From contig BAAIJX010000026.1 of the NCBI GenBank assembly GCA_054600435.1, positions 186,001-250,000 of the forward strand: a stretch of 64,000 nt of DNA, in the 5' to 3' direction. Below, in pieces: positions 1 to 11,208 of this stretch. Source of the DNA: Neophaeotheca triangularis. Lineage: Eukaryota. The notes under the pieces are model-generated. The model did no database searches. It was not told the DNA's origin and saw nothing but the letters and a program-made list of their open reading frames with translations. A program made the position numbers and the translations under genes. How positions within the stretch are numbered: the first letter of the stretch is position 1; each line of letters begins with the position of its first letter.

Positions 1-610
1 GTTGTACCCGTTGTTGAATGCAAAAATCTGCCACTTGAGCCCGCCTGCACACGTCGTGTCGTCCCACCTTGGCGCTTGCCTGTTGAAGACTGCCTGAGCG
101 AGCGCGAGCCACTGGGGCTGATCATCTGGCGGGTTAGGAAACTTGACTTCAGCAGCGGACATGGCAGCAATGGCCCAGAAAGCCTGGTCGTCGTTGCCCA
201 GCGACTTGGTTTGGTTTGGGGGTTCAAAGTTGGCTTCGGGTCCGACTTGATGCATCATGGCTTCCATGACCACGTCATTGTAGCTTGGGTCGCCGGTGTA
301 ATACCAGAAGTCGATCATGGCGTTCATCATGGCGCCCGCTTCCCACCAGTAGTATGGTTCACCGAGGAGACCGGGAATTCCGTCGGTGGTGTTGCCGTAG
401 TAGAAAGCCATCATGCCGTCTGCCACTGTCCTTGCCGCACTCCTGATTGAGTCTACAGAAGAAGTGCATGTCAGTCACCCTCAAGCCTCACTGACAGTAT
501 CCAATGCCACCCTCTAAAGACTCACCATTATCGCTCAGATCCAACGTCACACCACTGACCGCATTCGCGCCCAAGAGTATACCGCCCAAGGCGGCCGTAA
601 TGAACTTCAT
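1..610 (-). CDS. GH76 mannan endo-1,6-alpha-mannosidase (DCW1/DFG5 family); 5' part only, runs off the window
   Basis: ATG at 610 with signal peptide [24 protein letters not shown] intron 453-525; spliced frame gives YYWWEAGAM and catalytic GNDDQAFW motifs. Confidence 0.9.
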
Positions 611-1978
611 GCTGTTTGTAACGGTCCTTTCCCGTCTTGTCCAATATTATGTATGCTATTACTCGTCGATTATTTCGTAAAAGGCCCGTTCGCGGAACCC
701 GGTATGGAGGAGATGCGACTGCGCCAAAAGCGCCTTGTCGCGAGTGGGTTGTCCGGTGACTGCCAACCGTTGGACTATGGGGGTATCGGGGTTGCCGTTG
801 TAATTCGTGAGGCGATAGTGACTGACACTAAAGCGAGCGTGGTTGTTTTTGGATGAGGGTGTCGTGTGGGCGTGAGTGGATAGGTAGGTGATAGTGGCGG
901 AAAGTAGTAAGAAGGATTAGTAGTGTTTGCCCTGACCAGGCCTTAGTATGCAAGATGGACGTCCAAGGGGGGAGGGCCGTGCAGGTACAAGTGAGATGCG
1001 AGTCTGGGCGCCGGATGCTGGGGAAGAGCACCGCGGGGAGGGGAGGCGAGGGAGTGCGGGTGGAATGAGAGAAGGTTGAGGTGCAGGTGGTGAGCGTGGC
1101 TGTGCTGCTCAATAATGACGCCGACCGTGGTTAATATCACGGCGTCTTTGTGAGCAGGAGGGGGGGAAATGCTTGGTGGAAGGGAGTAGGTACGTGTTTC
1201 GGGGTTGGCGTTTCCTTACGGCAGCGATCAGTTACGGGCAAGAGAATAAGAGGAGGCTCAAGCTTGACGACGAGAGGCTGCAGGTGACCACGGTTGACTT
1301 GGAAACACAAATGATGATGATGTCTGTCTGTCTGTCTGCCCAAGACCAGACGGGAATCAAGAAAGAGGCCAACGACCAGTCGTTGTCGTCTCGTTGACGA
1401 CGCGCGGTGTTGGCACCTGGCCAAGCACCCCCCCAAGCCGCTTGTTGTCTCGAACGAATGCCAATCTTCCTCCAGAATTGGAAGTTCGACATTTTTCAAC
1501 CTACCTTATCACGTGTCATCCATGTCACGTGAATGTCACAGCACAGTCCAGTCTCACTTCTACCAACATTCGGTATTCATAGCTCCAACACGTCAATCAC
1601 ATTATGCAGACGGCGACAGAAAGCATGTACTAGACAACACACAGTAGCACTATCTACTCATGTAACTACGCATCCTGTTCCATGCAAAAAGTCCACGCAT
1701 GCCCAAAAAAACAAGCATGCTCGGATGGCGAATGTGGTATATCTCATAACTCCAGCAAAGCAGTTCATGACGTCCCAAGAGTTCCAGTCCAGCATGCATG
1801 CTACAAAGAATCAGAAGAAACCGTCATCGTGTAAGAAAGAAAACAAGCATGCAACCGTATCCCTCTAGCGCCCAGAATGCCCCTTGCTATGCAGTATTTG
1901 GATTCTGAATCGTCCTCATGGCGTGCGTGTACACTAGAGAATCGTCCTCGGAAGCTTGACTCCTCGGATCTATTTTGT

Positions 1979-4900
1979 TCAACGCGGTCCCATGACGCCC
2001 CACTCCTCAACCTCCTGCGCAGGCGTAAGCGGCGGTGCGCGACCACCCCGCGAGCTGCCAGTCAACCACGCAGCATCAGGCATAGGTGGGGCGTCATCCT
2101 GGTTCATCGAATTGCCCCTCGACCTTGGTCCCGAACCGGCCCGTGGCCGCATGCCAGGCTGGGGCACCTTGCCAATGCTGTCTCTGGAGCTGACATCGGC
2201 ACCGACGCCGAGAGATTCACTGCTTATCTGCGGATTGATGGTGCGGCTGTTTTGTGTGTTGGAGCGCGACCGCATGCGAGAGTGGCGCCGCTTGGGTGTT
2301 GCGGAACCGGCAACAGCGTAGTCGTCGTCTTCCGCAACTTGCTGCGACATGGCGACAGGCGTGAAACCGTCTGCGTCAGCACCATCGCGGTCCGGCTGGC
2401 CTGGTACAAAGTCTCGCGACGACCAGCTAGGTCGGTGAGAGCGTGCGCCGTACGGTAGGTTACTCGTGCTATGAGTGCTTGCCGCACGGCTGAGACGCCT
2501 GCTGCCGGGCGTTGCGGCTGCTCCGGCGGCGCCGTCGAGTGAAAGCTTGCTTGGGTTTGCGGTAGATGCCATCTCTGCATTGAAGTCGGCATCCTCGTCT
2601 TCAATTCTTGGCTCGCGGCGTACGCCCTTGACCTCGAAACCGTGCTTTTCCTCAGCTATAGGGACGGGCTCCTGCTTGACCTTTTTCTGCTTGGGTGCGC
2701 GTGGTAGATCGGTGACGGCTCGGTCAAGATGGTCGAAGTACTTTTCACGCATGCCGTTCCACTTCTTGGGGCGGAAAGTCTCCCTATTCCTCGAGATCGA
2801 CATGGCGCTGCTGATGGCCGCGACAATGATTGCGATCAGCGTGATGATGGTCAGAATGCCTTGGATGACGATGATGACAATGCCAATGACCGTGGTGGTG
2901 ATGCGCTCGAGGTTCCACTGAATGTCAAAGGCGGCGCTCAGGCCCACTGTAGCAACTTTGCTGAAGCCCAGACAGTAGACGACCAGGACGTTCAGGCGAG
3001 TGCTCTCAAAGGGCCGAGCCCAGATCATGAATGCGAAGGCAAGAACCTCAACGACGAGAAGTCCAAACACTTGGGCGAGAGCTTGACCAGCTCCAGCTCC
3101 GTAGAAGACGCCCCGGACAAACTCGTAAGGAACCCAGAAAGCGAAGAACCACCATTTCGTGCGACGGAACCGAGCCGCCAGCCAGCCAAAGCGCTTAGTG
3201 TATGCCTCGTCGTCGTGAATGCTCCTCACATCTTGCTCGCCGTCCAGGCCTGGCTGGGCCGAATTAGAACGCTTCCAGAAAGGCATCTTGGTCTTGTCCT
3301 CCGGCTCCTGCTCGCCTTGTCCTTGCTCGTTGTGACAAGCCGGCGGGACTCGTTTTGTGCCAAACCACGGGATGACGCCCAGCAGCTTCTTACGCTCAGT
3401 CTGAAAACGCTCGGGGTTGGACTCCATGTTACCAAGGCGAATTTTGTAGAAGCAAGCGTATACGCAAGCGCCCGGTAACCCCACAAGGAAGATGATGAAC
3501 ACGATAGCTGCGACGGCGGTAACACCAGCAGAGGCAGCGTACGTGAACTGGAAAGTGGTGAGTAAGATCATCGCGAAGAATGCGATGAAGCAAGTTCGCA
3601 ATGCGACCAAAGCACTGTAACCAAGCCAGTGCGACCGGAAGTAAGCAAGGCGATCTTTGCGCAGTGCTTTAACGGCAGAGAGCCCTTCAAGAATCCATTT
3701 GAAGGCCATGGTAGCAGCGACCAGGATCACCAAGATGATCAAGAGCCAGAGAAAGCTCGTCATGAATGCATTGGATGCGCGGATCTTCTGTGGAGCGAGA
3801 GTGCCAGCAAAGCCAGAGTAGTTTCCCGGGAGTGGAAGGCCCTCCGTGACAGGTTGCCCATACCAGCCATATTGCGGAAGTCCACCCTCATCACGGCGCT
3901 CAAGCATCTGCTCTACAGCCCGAGACTGCAGGTCACTGTGTCGCGAGCCGCTAGATCCGAACTGGTAAATCTCAGTTGCAACGTCACGAACCAGAGGATG
4001 GTCCAGCATTGCTTTTGCACCACCCATTACTCCACGCTTGTAAATCTGGGAAATGTCGTACCCGCCTCCTAGACCGGACTGCGACGTGCCAGACTCGGCG
4101 GCACCGACGGAGCTCGTGTTTCCAGCATTATTGCCGATGAAGCTGTTGATGCTATCTTGCATGCTCGAGGAATAGATCATGCCTCCAGCCCACGCGAAGT
4201 TGCTCCAGAAAGCAGGAAGCACAGATGGCCAGTTTAGCGAAAGCGCTCCCGTGAAAAAGATGTGCTGCCACACTGCGAACACAACTCCCACCGACAACGA
4301 ATGGGCGTGGTGCAAACGCATCGTTGGTATCGCCTGGCCATACACTGCAGTGGCGAAAGAAGCGAGGAGTGTGATAAGGGTGAAGACGCCCAGCACTGTG
4401 CCTACGGCTGCTGGGTGCGAGAAAGACGCTCCGTTCGTCACTACCGCAGTGTAGCAGCCTATCTCGGATTCGGTAGCGTTGGAGAAGATGCGAAGAATGG
4501 CTTGTCCTTCGAAATCGGGAATGCTGAGGGCAATTTCTGGAATGGCGGCCACATCAGATTCGGCGACGGGGATGATACCGTTTGCACTGATGGGTATACT
4601 ATCATTGACCGGACAAAGACTGAGAGTATTGTTAGCAAGACAGTACGCAGACAATAGAGCACGGTAGTAGTATCTCACCTGGCAATATTGGCGGAGCAAG
4701 GGTCAAAATTGAGGTCAAACCTGGCTTCACCATAGGCAAACACGCCAATGTACATCATCAAGCTCTCGTTGGTCAAGGCAGACGTGCCCTCAAGGTGGAA
4801 TAGTACCGTCATGTTGTCCTTGTAGTACGCAGCATCGAAGCGAGTGACGTTGATCGCACTTCCTCCCAAGCAGTCCCCAAACTCGTCTGTGTACAGGGAA

Positions 4901-5115
4901 GGCGTCCTCGCATCGTCCAGGTACAAGAGTTCGCCGTCGGAAGCGGTGTAAGTAATCCATCTTGTATCATCGCCCTCTTCGACTTCGACCTCGACATCAG
5001 TCGTTGATGGGTTAGGGCTGTTAACGGTTTCCGTTGCAGTTTGAGCGAATGCGGGCACAATGAGAGCGAGCAGTGCTAGCGCGGCCAACAAGGCCATGTG
5101 AATCCGCGTGATCAT
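1979..5115 (-). CDS. FLC/TRP-like integral membrane protein (TRP_N ML-like domain plus multi-TM TRP domain)
   Basis: ORFs 4675-5211 and 1979-4699 joined by GT-AG intron 4620-4678 (GCTAAC branch). Has a signal peptide, FDPCSANIASLCP, WSNFAWAGGMI and many TM helices. Start may be 5115 or 5097. Confidence 0.85.
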
Positions 5116-6792
5116 GGCGAATCGGAATGTGACGGTAGGATGATGGTAGCGAGCGAGGGGGGTATCAGATTTGTGGCCGGTATGTGCAGCGCGCAACGCA
5201 CGTAGGCACACGCTGAAGGCTGCTTTCTTGCCGCAGGCGGCTGCTGGCGAGCGAGCCGGGGAGAAGTCGTGGCGGTCGAGGGTGATGTGATGGAGGGCGA
5301 AAGAGGACGGGTACTAGTATTCAGTGTCCCGCAACGGCAGCGGCTGAGGTTGCCTTGGTGCCCAGTTGGATACCTCGTGCCTGCTCTTTCTGGGGGGAGG
5401 GGTCTTCCTCTTCCTCTTGGAGCGTGCCGAGTGTGGTATTCGCTAGGAGGCTAGCAGGGGGTTCAACGCGAGAGAAGTCGTGACAGCATGCTTCCAACTC
5501 TCGCTGTACAACTCGCAGCTTGTGACTGTCCGAGTCGAAGAGTGAATGGTAGGGAAAGACGTAGGATAAGGGGGGGAAGAGCAGTCAACAAAGGAACGAG
5601 GGGGTCATTGAGTGCAGTAGCACGAGTAACTCAGACCTAGTAGTACCTCCAGTAAGGAAGGCAGACTGATGAGATCTTGGACCATGGAAAGCCAAGCCAG
5701 AACCTTGTGCAGGTAGGTGCGCTTGGTGCGCTAGGACGACGATCCGGCCGGATGACGAGAGAGAGTTCTACTACAACGACCCGTTCACCTCTCAGTACTA
5801 CATAGTACTACTAGGTAGGCAGTATGTACCTGCTACTAGGTACTCTGTCATTCACAATCAATAATGGGCTACTACCACATACATTATTACTTATTAGTCT
5901 ACAACTTTTATCACTGCTAGCCTACAAAAGCTAGCTACTCTCGTTTATACCGGTAATTGTTGTGCATCTTGACGTGGGCGATCATGGCGTACCTCGTAGT
6001 CTGCCTGGCCGCGCCCTTAGCCCTAAGTTATTCAAGCAAGCCCCAAAGCCACTTGCATTCATCATCTGCCTTCCAAGCATAAGAAAACATAGGAGGGATC
6101 GCGAGTCTTGACATCAACTGAGGTGGTCCGGCCCAGCACCAATCATATGCCAGTGTTCGCATCTTCCACGGCTGGCCGAAACGCTCGACTTGGCAACTTT
6201 TGATAGTCGACAGCGAAAGGCTAATTTTAAAGCGTCATACCCGACGACTCCGGAAAGTTTGACAGAAGGTGGACTGGGCTTCATCTCAGATCTAGGTATC
6301 GTCGTCCTCGTGGAAGTATGTAAGCATAGCAGACTCCTCAAACCGCCCGCTTATTGGGCCAAGCATGCCTTACCTCCCTCCTAACACCTGTTTGCTGCTA
6401 CTACTGATTCCTGAGTCCTGACACCACCGGCAATCTACAACTAAGCGCTACCTACAGTACTCTAGGTGTAAGCGCCACTTTGACGCCCGCCCGCCCGCCT
6501 CGCCGCCCAACCCTCGCATCCGGATGCGAGTCTCACCCCTCACACACCGTCCCACGCACCATCAAAAGTGTACAACAGCCATCGACATGCAGGAACGGCA
6601 CTCCGCGGCACCGAGCAACAAGCCTCCAGTCTGATGCCACCACATCGAGCCGCAAGCACAAGCAGGCTGTAGGTATGCATCGCTGCCGAGTGCCACCGAC
6701 GTATGGCTTCCTCTCTCCACCTCTTCCCATGTGCCATGTGGTTTCCACGAAACCTTCCTTGCCTTTAGCCCTTCTCGCCCTCTCTGCTTCCA

Positions 6793-7880
6793 TTACGAAA
6801 GGTAGACTTTCGAGCCCGGACAGCGCACACTTGGGGTAAGGTTTGATTGGGCTGCACGTATACGAAAAAAGACCAAACTCTCCCCGCTTCGCCAACAGCT
6901 CGGGTCTCTGCCCGAACTTCCCAATAACAATGCCCACTTACTACCTAGCTCCCTAGGTAGTAGCTCGTCCTCGGTCGTGTCGGTGAGGGATGTCATCCTG
7001 CCATCCCACATTGATTCCATCAACTCGACCAACAAATCACTTTCCAATACCGCTGCAGAGAACATAGTTCGACACCCTCTAGCAAACCTCAACCCACCGC
7101 AAAACACACCCTTCCATAGCTTATCCCTCCATCACCAATCTCGCTCATCCGGCCAAACACCCAAAGCAGCCCCAAGCCCAACTCCGCGGCCGCAATCACC
7201 AATCCCCCAATGCGAACCCCCCAGTACAGTATGTATGTACATGGTAGTCCGCAGATATGCACTCCCGGCTTGCGAGCAAAGCTTGATCATGACCCTCACG
7301 TGCTCGCGAAAGAGCGGAAAGCTCGCGTTTCAGGTTTTGTTCGGGCTTTTACATACAAGTCGCTAAGTCTCGAGATGTTGTCGTTTGTGAGCGTGGGAGT
7401 GGAATGAGCTGGGTTGGATGTTAAATTTATTATGTAGCTGTTCACTCGTGGATGGGGTGTCGGGTCCTCCATGTGCAAGCGAGCTGATGTGAGAATTGTG
7501 GATATTTTGGTCGAGTGGATTGTGTCGTTCGCGTTGCACCTTTCATAGAACGCGGTTTCAATGGTGCTCGCGAATTGATGGGGTAGTATGCGAATCTGGA
7601 TAGGTAGACGTGCGAGAAGCGTGCCCAAGGTATCTATGTCTTCGTGGTAAATTTTGAGGGGAGGCAAATCGAGTGAGACGAGGCAGTAAAACCGTATCGA
7701 AGATGGTAACGGCAACACGTGATTATCGAAAATCAGCATAAAGCGTCTTGCGACATTCCTCATGTATCTAGGCAGAACTGCCATCCGGTCCGGCCTGCGT
7801 CTGATCATCCAAACCATCATCGAACCTCCCTCGTAGTGCGCACGCGCAAGCATTTCCTCGAATTGTGGTATTGACGCCAC
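6793..7880 (-). pseudogene. Possible decayed gene of unknown family directly downstream of ADE4
   Basis: 194-aa ORF 7296-7880 followed by protein-like text in shifted or stop-interrupted frames to about 6800; starts only 28 nt after the ADE4 stop; no recognisable domain. Confidence 0.2.
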
Positions 7881-7907
7881 AACGCCAAATTTGAGCTGCC
7901 ATCACCC

Positions 7908-9686
7908 TCATCTCCCATCATAATCGTTAAAGTTGTGCAACGCAATGTCCTGGCTGTCCCTGGCGTGAGGGGGCATAGCAGGCCTCTCCCTCTCACCGAA
8001 CCCAACACCACCACTGCCGATGCCACCATTGATCTCCGTAACTTCGTCTTCGTCAACCACGCTTCCTTCCTCTCTAGCGACGACCCTGCCGTCAGTGCTG
8101 ACTTCCACACCATTTGCGGCCATCCGGACCTGCTCCTCGCCCGCAGTACCCTGCCTGACGGCCTCGCGAGCGTTCTCCATGACCTTGTGCTTACGGCCTT
8201 CGCCCCTGACACGCTCAAGGTGTTGGAAGTACTCGTCTGGCACGGGAGTGACGTACTTGCCGCAGAAGACACCGACCTCGAACTGTTGTGTCTTGGGATC
8301 CCTTGGGCTCTCTTGCGCACAAGCGGCCTGCAGGTCCTCCAACGACTGGTAGATGACGGCGTCGGCGCCAATGTGCTTCGCAATGTCCTGTTGAGTGCGG
8401 TGGTGGGCGATGAGCTCGTTGGGCGAGGCAAGGTCGATGCCGTAGATGTGTGCGTTCTTGATGGGAGGGGCACAGCTGCTAAAGTACACCTTCCTCGCGC
8501 CCGCTTCTCTGGCCATGTTGACGATCTCCCTGCTCGTGGTGCCCCGGACAATGCTGTCGTCGACGAGTAGCACGTTCTTGCCTTTGAACTCAACTGGGAT
8601 GGCGTTGAGTTTGGCGCGGACGCCGCGTTGCCGGGCGCGTTGGGAGGGCATGATGAAGGTTCTGAAAATGTATCGGTTCTTGACGAAGCCTTGGCAGTAG
8701 GGTTTCTTGAGGTGCTTCGAGACTGCATAGGCTGAGACGAGGGAGGTCTCGGGAATGGGGATGACGGCGTCAATCTCTTTGAGCCCTTCCGGACCGAGCT
8801 GGTTCTGGATGGTCTCGGCAAGGCGGTAACCCATAAGCTGGCGGGATCGGTACACGCTGATGCCGTCGATGACACTCTCCGGGCGGGCAAAGTACACGTA
8901 CTCGAAGATGTCTGGAGCGTAGGCCTTTTGTTCCTCGACTTGCGCAAACACTGGCTCCTTGCCCTTTTCGATGATGACTGCTTGGCCCGGTAAAATGTCT
9001 TTGATATTGCTGTAACCGTTCTGCGAGAGCGCTACGGACTCGGAGGCCATCATGTAGTCCTTGCCTCCTTCTATGTCTGCGGACGGGCGTTCTCCGATCA
9101 CCATTGGTCGAATGCCATAGCTATCTCTGAAGCCAATCAGGCCGAAGCCTGCCAGCATGGCGGTACAAGCCCAGCCACCTTTACACATTTTGTACATCCT
9201 CTCCAACGCGGTGAAGCAATCAGAAGCATTTACTCTAGCCTTCTTGGTCTCGTTGAGCTCGTTGGCGAAGATGTTGAGCATGAGCTCGCTATCAGATTCA
9301 GTGTTGATGTGCCTATGCGCCTCTTGATCCAGGTAGGTTTTCAGCTCCGGCGCATTGATGAGGTTGCCATTGTGAGTGAAGCAGATGCCGTATGGAGAGT
9401 TGACATAGAAGGGTTGAGCTTCAGCGTTGGCACTGCTGCCAGCTGTCGGGTACCTCAAATGGCCCAATCCCATGCTACCGGGCAAGTCTGCGATACGAGC
9501 ACCATCATGGAACACCTTCGAAGCCAGGCCGTTGCCTTTGCATTGGAAGATGCGCCCACCTCGCGAGCAGGTTGCGATACCGCACGCATCCTGACCACGG
9601 TGCTGGCTGTAGTAGAGGGCTTGGTGGAGCTCTGGAGCAGCGTCACTTGCTTGCGAGGCGAGGATGACGGCAAGGATACCACACAT
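7908..9686 (-). CDS. ADE4: Amidophosphoribosyltransferase
   Basis: N-terminal MCGI (Ntn nucleophile Cys), [33 protein letters not shown] and PRPP-binding [11 protein letters not shown]; single 592-aa ORF. Confidence 0.98.
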   Translation of the reverse strand: MCGILAVILASQASDAAPELHQALYYSQHRGQDACGIATCSRGGRIFQCKGNGLASKVFHDGARIADLPGSMGLGHLRYPTAGSSANAEAQPFYVNSPYGICFTHNGNLINAPELKTYLDQEAHRHINTESDSELMLNIFANELNETKKARVNASDCFTALERMYKMCKGGWACTAMLAGFGLIGFRDSYGIRPMVIGERPSADIEGGKDYMMASESVALSQNGYSNIKDILPGQAVIIEKGKEPVFAQVEEQKAYAPDIFEYVYFARPESVIDGISVYRSRQLMGYRLAETIQNQLGPEGLKEIDAVIPIPETSLVSAYAVSKHLKKPYCQGFVKNRYIFRTFIMPSQRARQRGVRAKLNAIPVEFKGKNVLLVDDSIVRGTTSREIVNMAREAGARKVYFSSCAPPIKNAHIYGIDLASPNELIAHHRTQQDIAKHIGADAVIYQSLEDLQAACAQESPRDPKTQQFEVGVFCGKYVTPVPDEYFQHLERVRGEGRKHKVMENAREAVRQGTAGEEQVRMAANGVEVSTDGRVVAREEGSVVDEDEVTEINGGIGSGGVGFGERERPAMPPHARDSQDIALHNFNDYDGR

Positions 9687-9731
9687 TTTGTGCGACTTGT
9701 GTCACTTGTTCGTTTGTAGGTTCTAGAATTT

Positions 9732-9922
9732 CTGCAGGGAGGCGGTCAGTAGCCGTTTTTGGTCTAGAATTGCGCCTTATTGTGTGCCATTGAGAAGTGC
9801 TGTTTTCAGTACGAGATTCATAATGTTTCCGCAGGATATTCTCGGAAGTCTAACATCTGGATTATAGGTGTTCATCCCACAAGCAAGTTGGAAATGGCAG
9901 TCAAAGGGCGCGTGTAACATAC
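9732..9922 (-). other. 5'-UTR intron of ADE4 (191 nt), snoRNA host
   Basis: Minus-strand donor G|GTATGT at 9922, branch TACTGAC near 9750, acceptor CTGCAG ending at 9732, 45 nt before the ATG. Confidence 0.8.
9801..9882 (-). ncRNA. Intronic box C/D snoRNA, snR58-like, with a second guide
   Basis: Minus strand: box C GGGATGA (9878-9872), guide AGATGTTAGACT (9858-9847), D' CCGA (9845-9842), C' TGCGGA (9833-9828), guide GAATCTCGT (9819-9811), box D CTGA (9809-9806). Flanking stems TGCCATT/AATGGCA and GCGCC/GGCGC. Guides are complementary to conserved LSU rRNA segments AGUCUAACAUCU and ACGAGAUUC (rRNA sequence recalled, not in window). Confidence 0.85.
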
Positions 9923-11208
9923 CTCACTGGCTGGCCTCAAGGCGGTTGTTGGGTGGTGATCTGGAAGAGCTCGCTTGACTGCTTCAAACACTTAGCATTG
10001 CCCGTCTGGACAGTATTGAGGGTGGCAGATGTGTGACTACACGTGTCCCGCAAAGGAGAACCTGAAATGAACGGTATAGGCATTTTGTGGTAAAGTAGCT
10101 TTGAGAGAAGCTGTAAGGATTTTCTTTAAAAGTGCATCTTTGCCCGGGAGTGGGGCTTTTCTTCGGGTCGGATGCGATGCCGGCAGAGCGGACAAAGTCG
10201 GACAGCTGCAGTCCGATCAGAGCGACTTCATCCCATCCATGGATATTTGAGCTGTCAACTACGTACGTACGTAAACGTCCGTGGTGGACCTACTGGACCC
10301 ATTTGAAGCCTCCCCTAGAAGACGAGATGCATTGCGCTCTGCCCACGTTTTCCGCTTCCGAGCACGAAACCCTGGAAGCCTGCCCGTGGCGCGAGAAAGC
10401 CACTAAAGTTGTAAAGAGTGATTGACTGAGCTTATGAGCAGTATCGAAAATGACAGCTCCCTAGTCCTCGCTGGCGGATGCCGGCGCATGTCTTGTGCGT
10501 GGCTCTCATCTCGCCTCATGTACGCAGGATGGACCTAACGTCGCGTGGAAGCAGGATTGGCCGTTCTCCTTGTGCCTCACTTTCAATATTGCGCTCCCTG
10601 GGCGGTGGCAGTGAGATGGAGCCCTCATCTTCGTAATACGCGGAACACATACGACCCGCCGGTACAGCTCTACTGCTCCATTGGACTCGAGTGAAGAACG
10701 GGCAACTGAGCAGCACTGTCTTAAATACGCACGAACATGGAAGTACTTTGTGAAGGCCTACTGGGAGAGCGTGAAGATGTGGCTTTAGTGTTGCGCAGAC
10801 TTTGCGATCCCATTCCGCTGCCTTCTATCACTGCTGGTAGGGTCGTTGCTTCTTTCTTGAGCCTTCCTTGCCTAGTAACAGCGCGCACGGACCCTTCGCT
10901 TACTTTACTGCCTTGTCGCTCTCCCTTAGACTCCTCTCCTTTCGCACTCACTACACCTAAAACCACAACACCACAACGCCGCTTGCTCGAGCTTCGCTTC
11001 GCTTGACCACTACCCATTTACTTTTCTCAGCCTAACAAGACCTCTCTTGCTGTTGTTAGGGCAGCGAGGACAGAACTACAGTGAAGGAATCAACAGCACC
11101 TAGTATTTACGCATCTGGTGCATTGGTGAAGGGAAAAGGTAAGATAACACATCGTCACGAACATTTCGACATAGCTATAGGCTCACTCATCTGGACAGAT
11201 CCTTCAAC

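Noticed and set aside
7817..8947. 376-aa alternative-frame ORF within ADE4, and many similar antisense or overlapping ORFs in the track
   Set aside because: Low-complexity S/R/T/P translations expected from GC-rich codon bias of the real genes; no domains.
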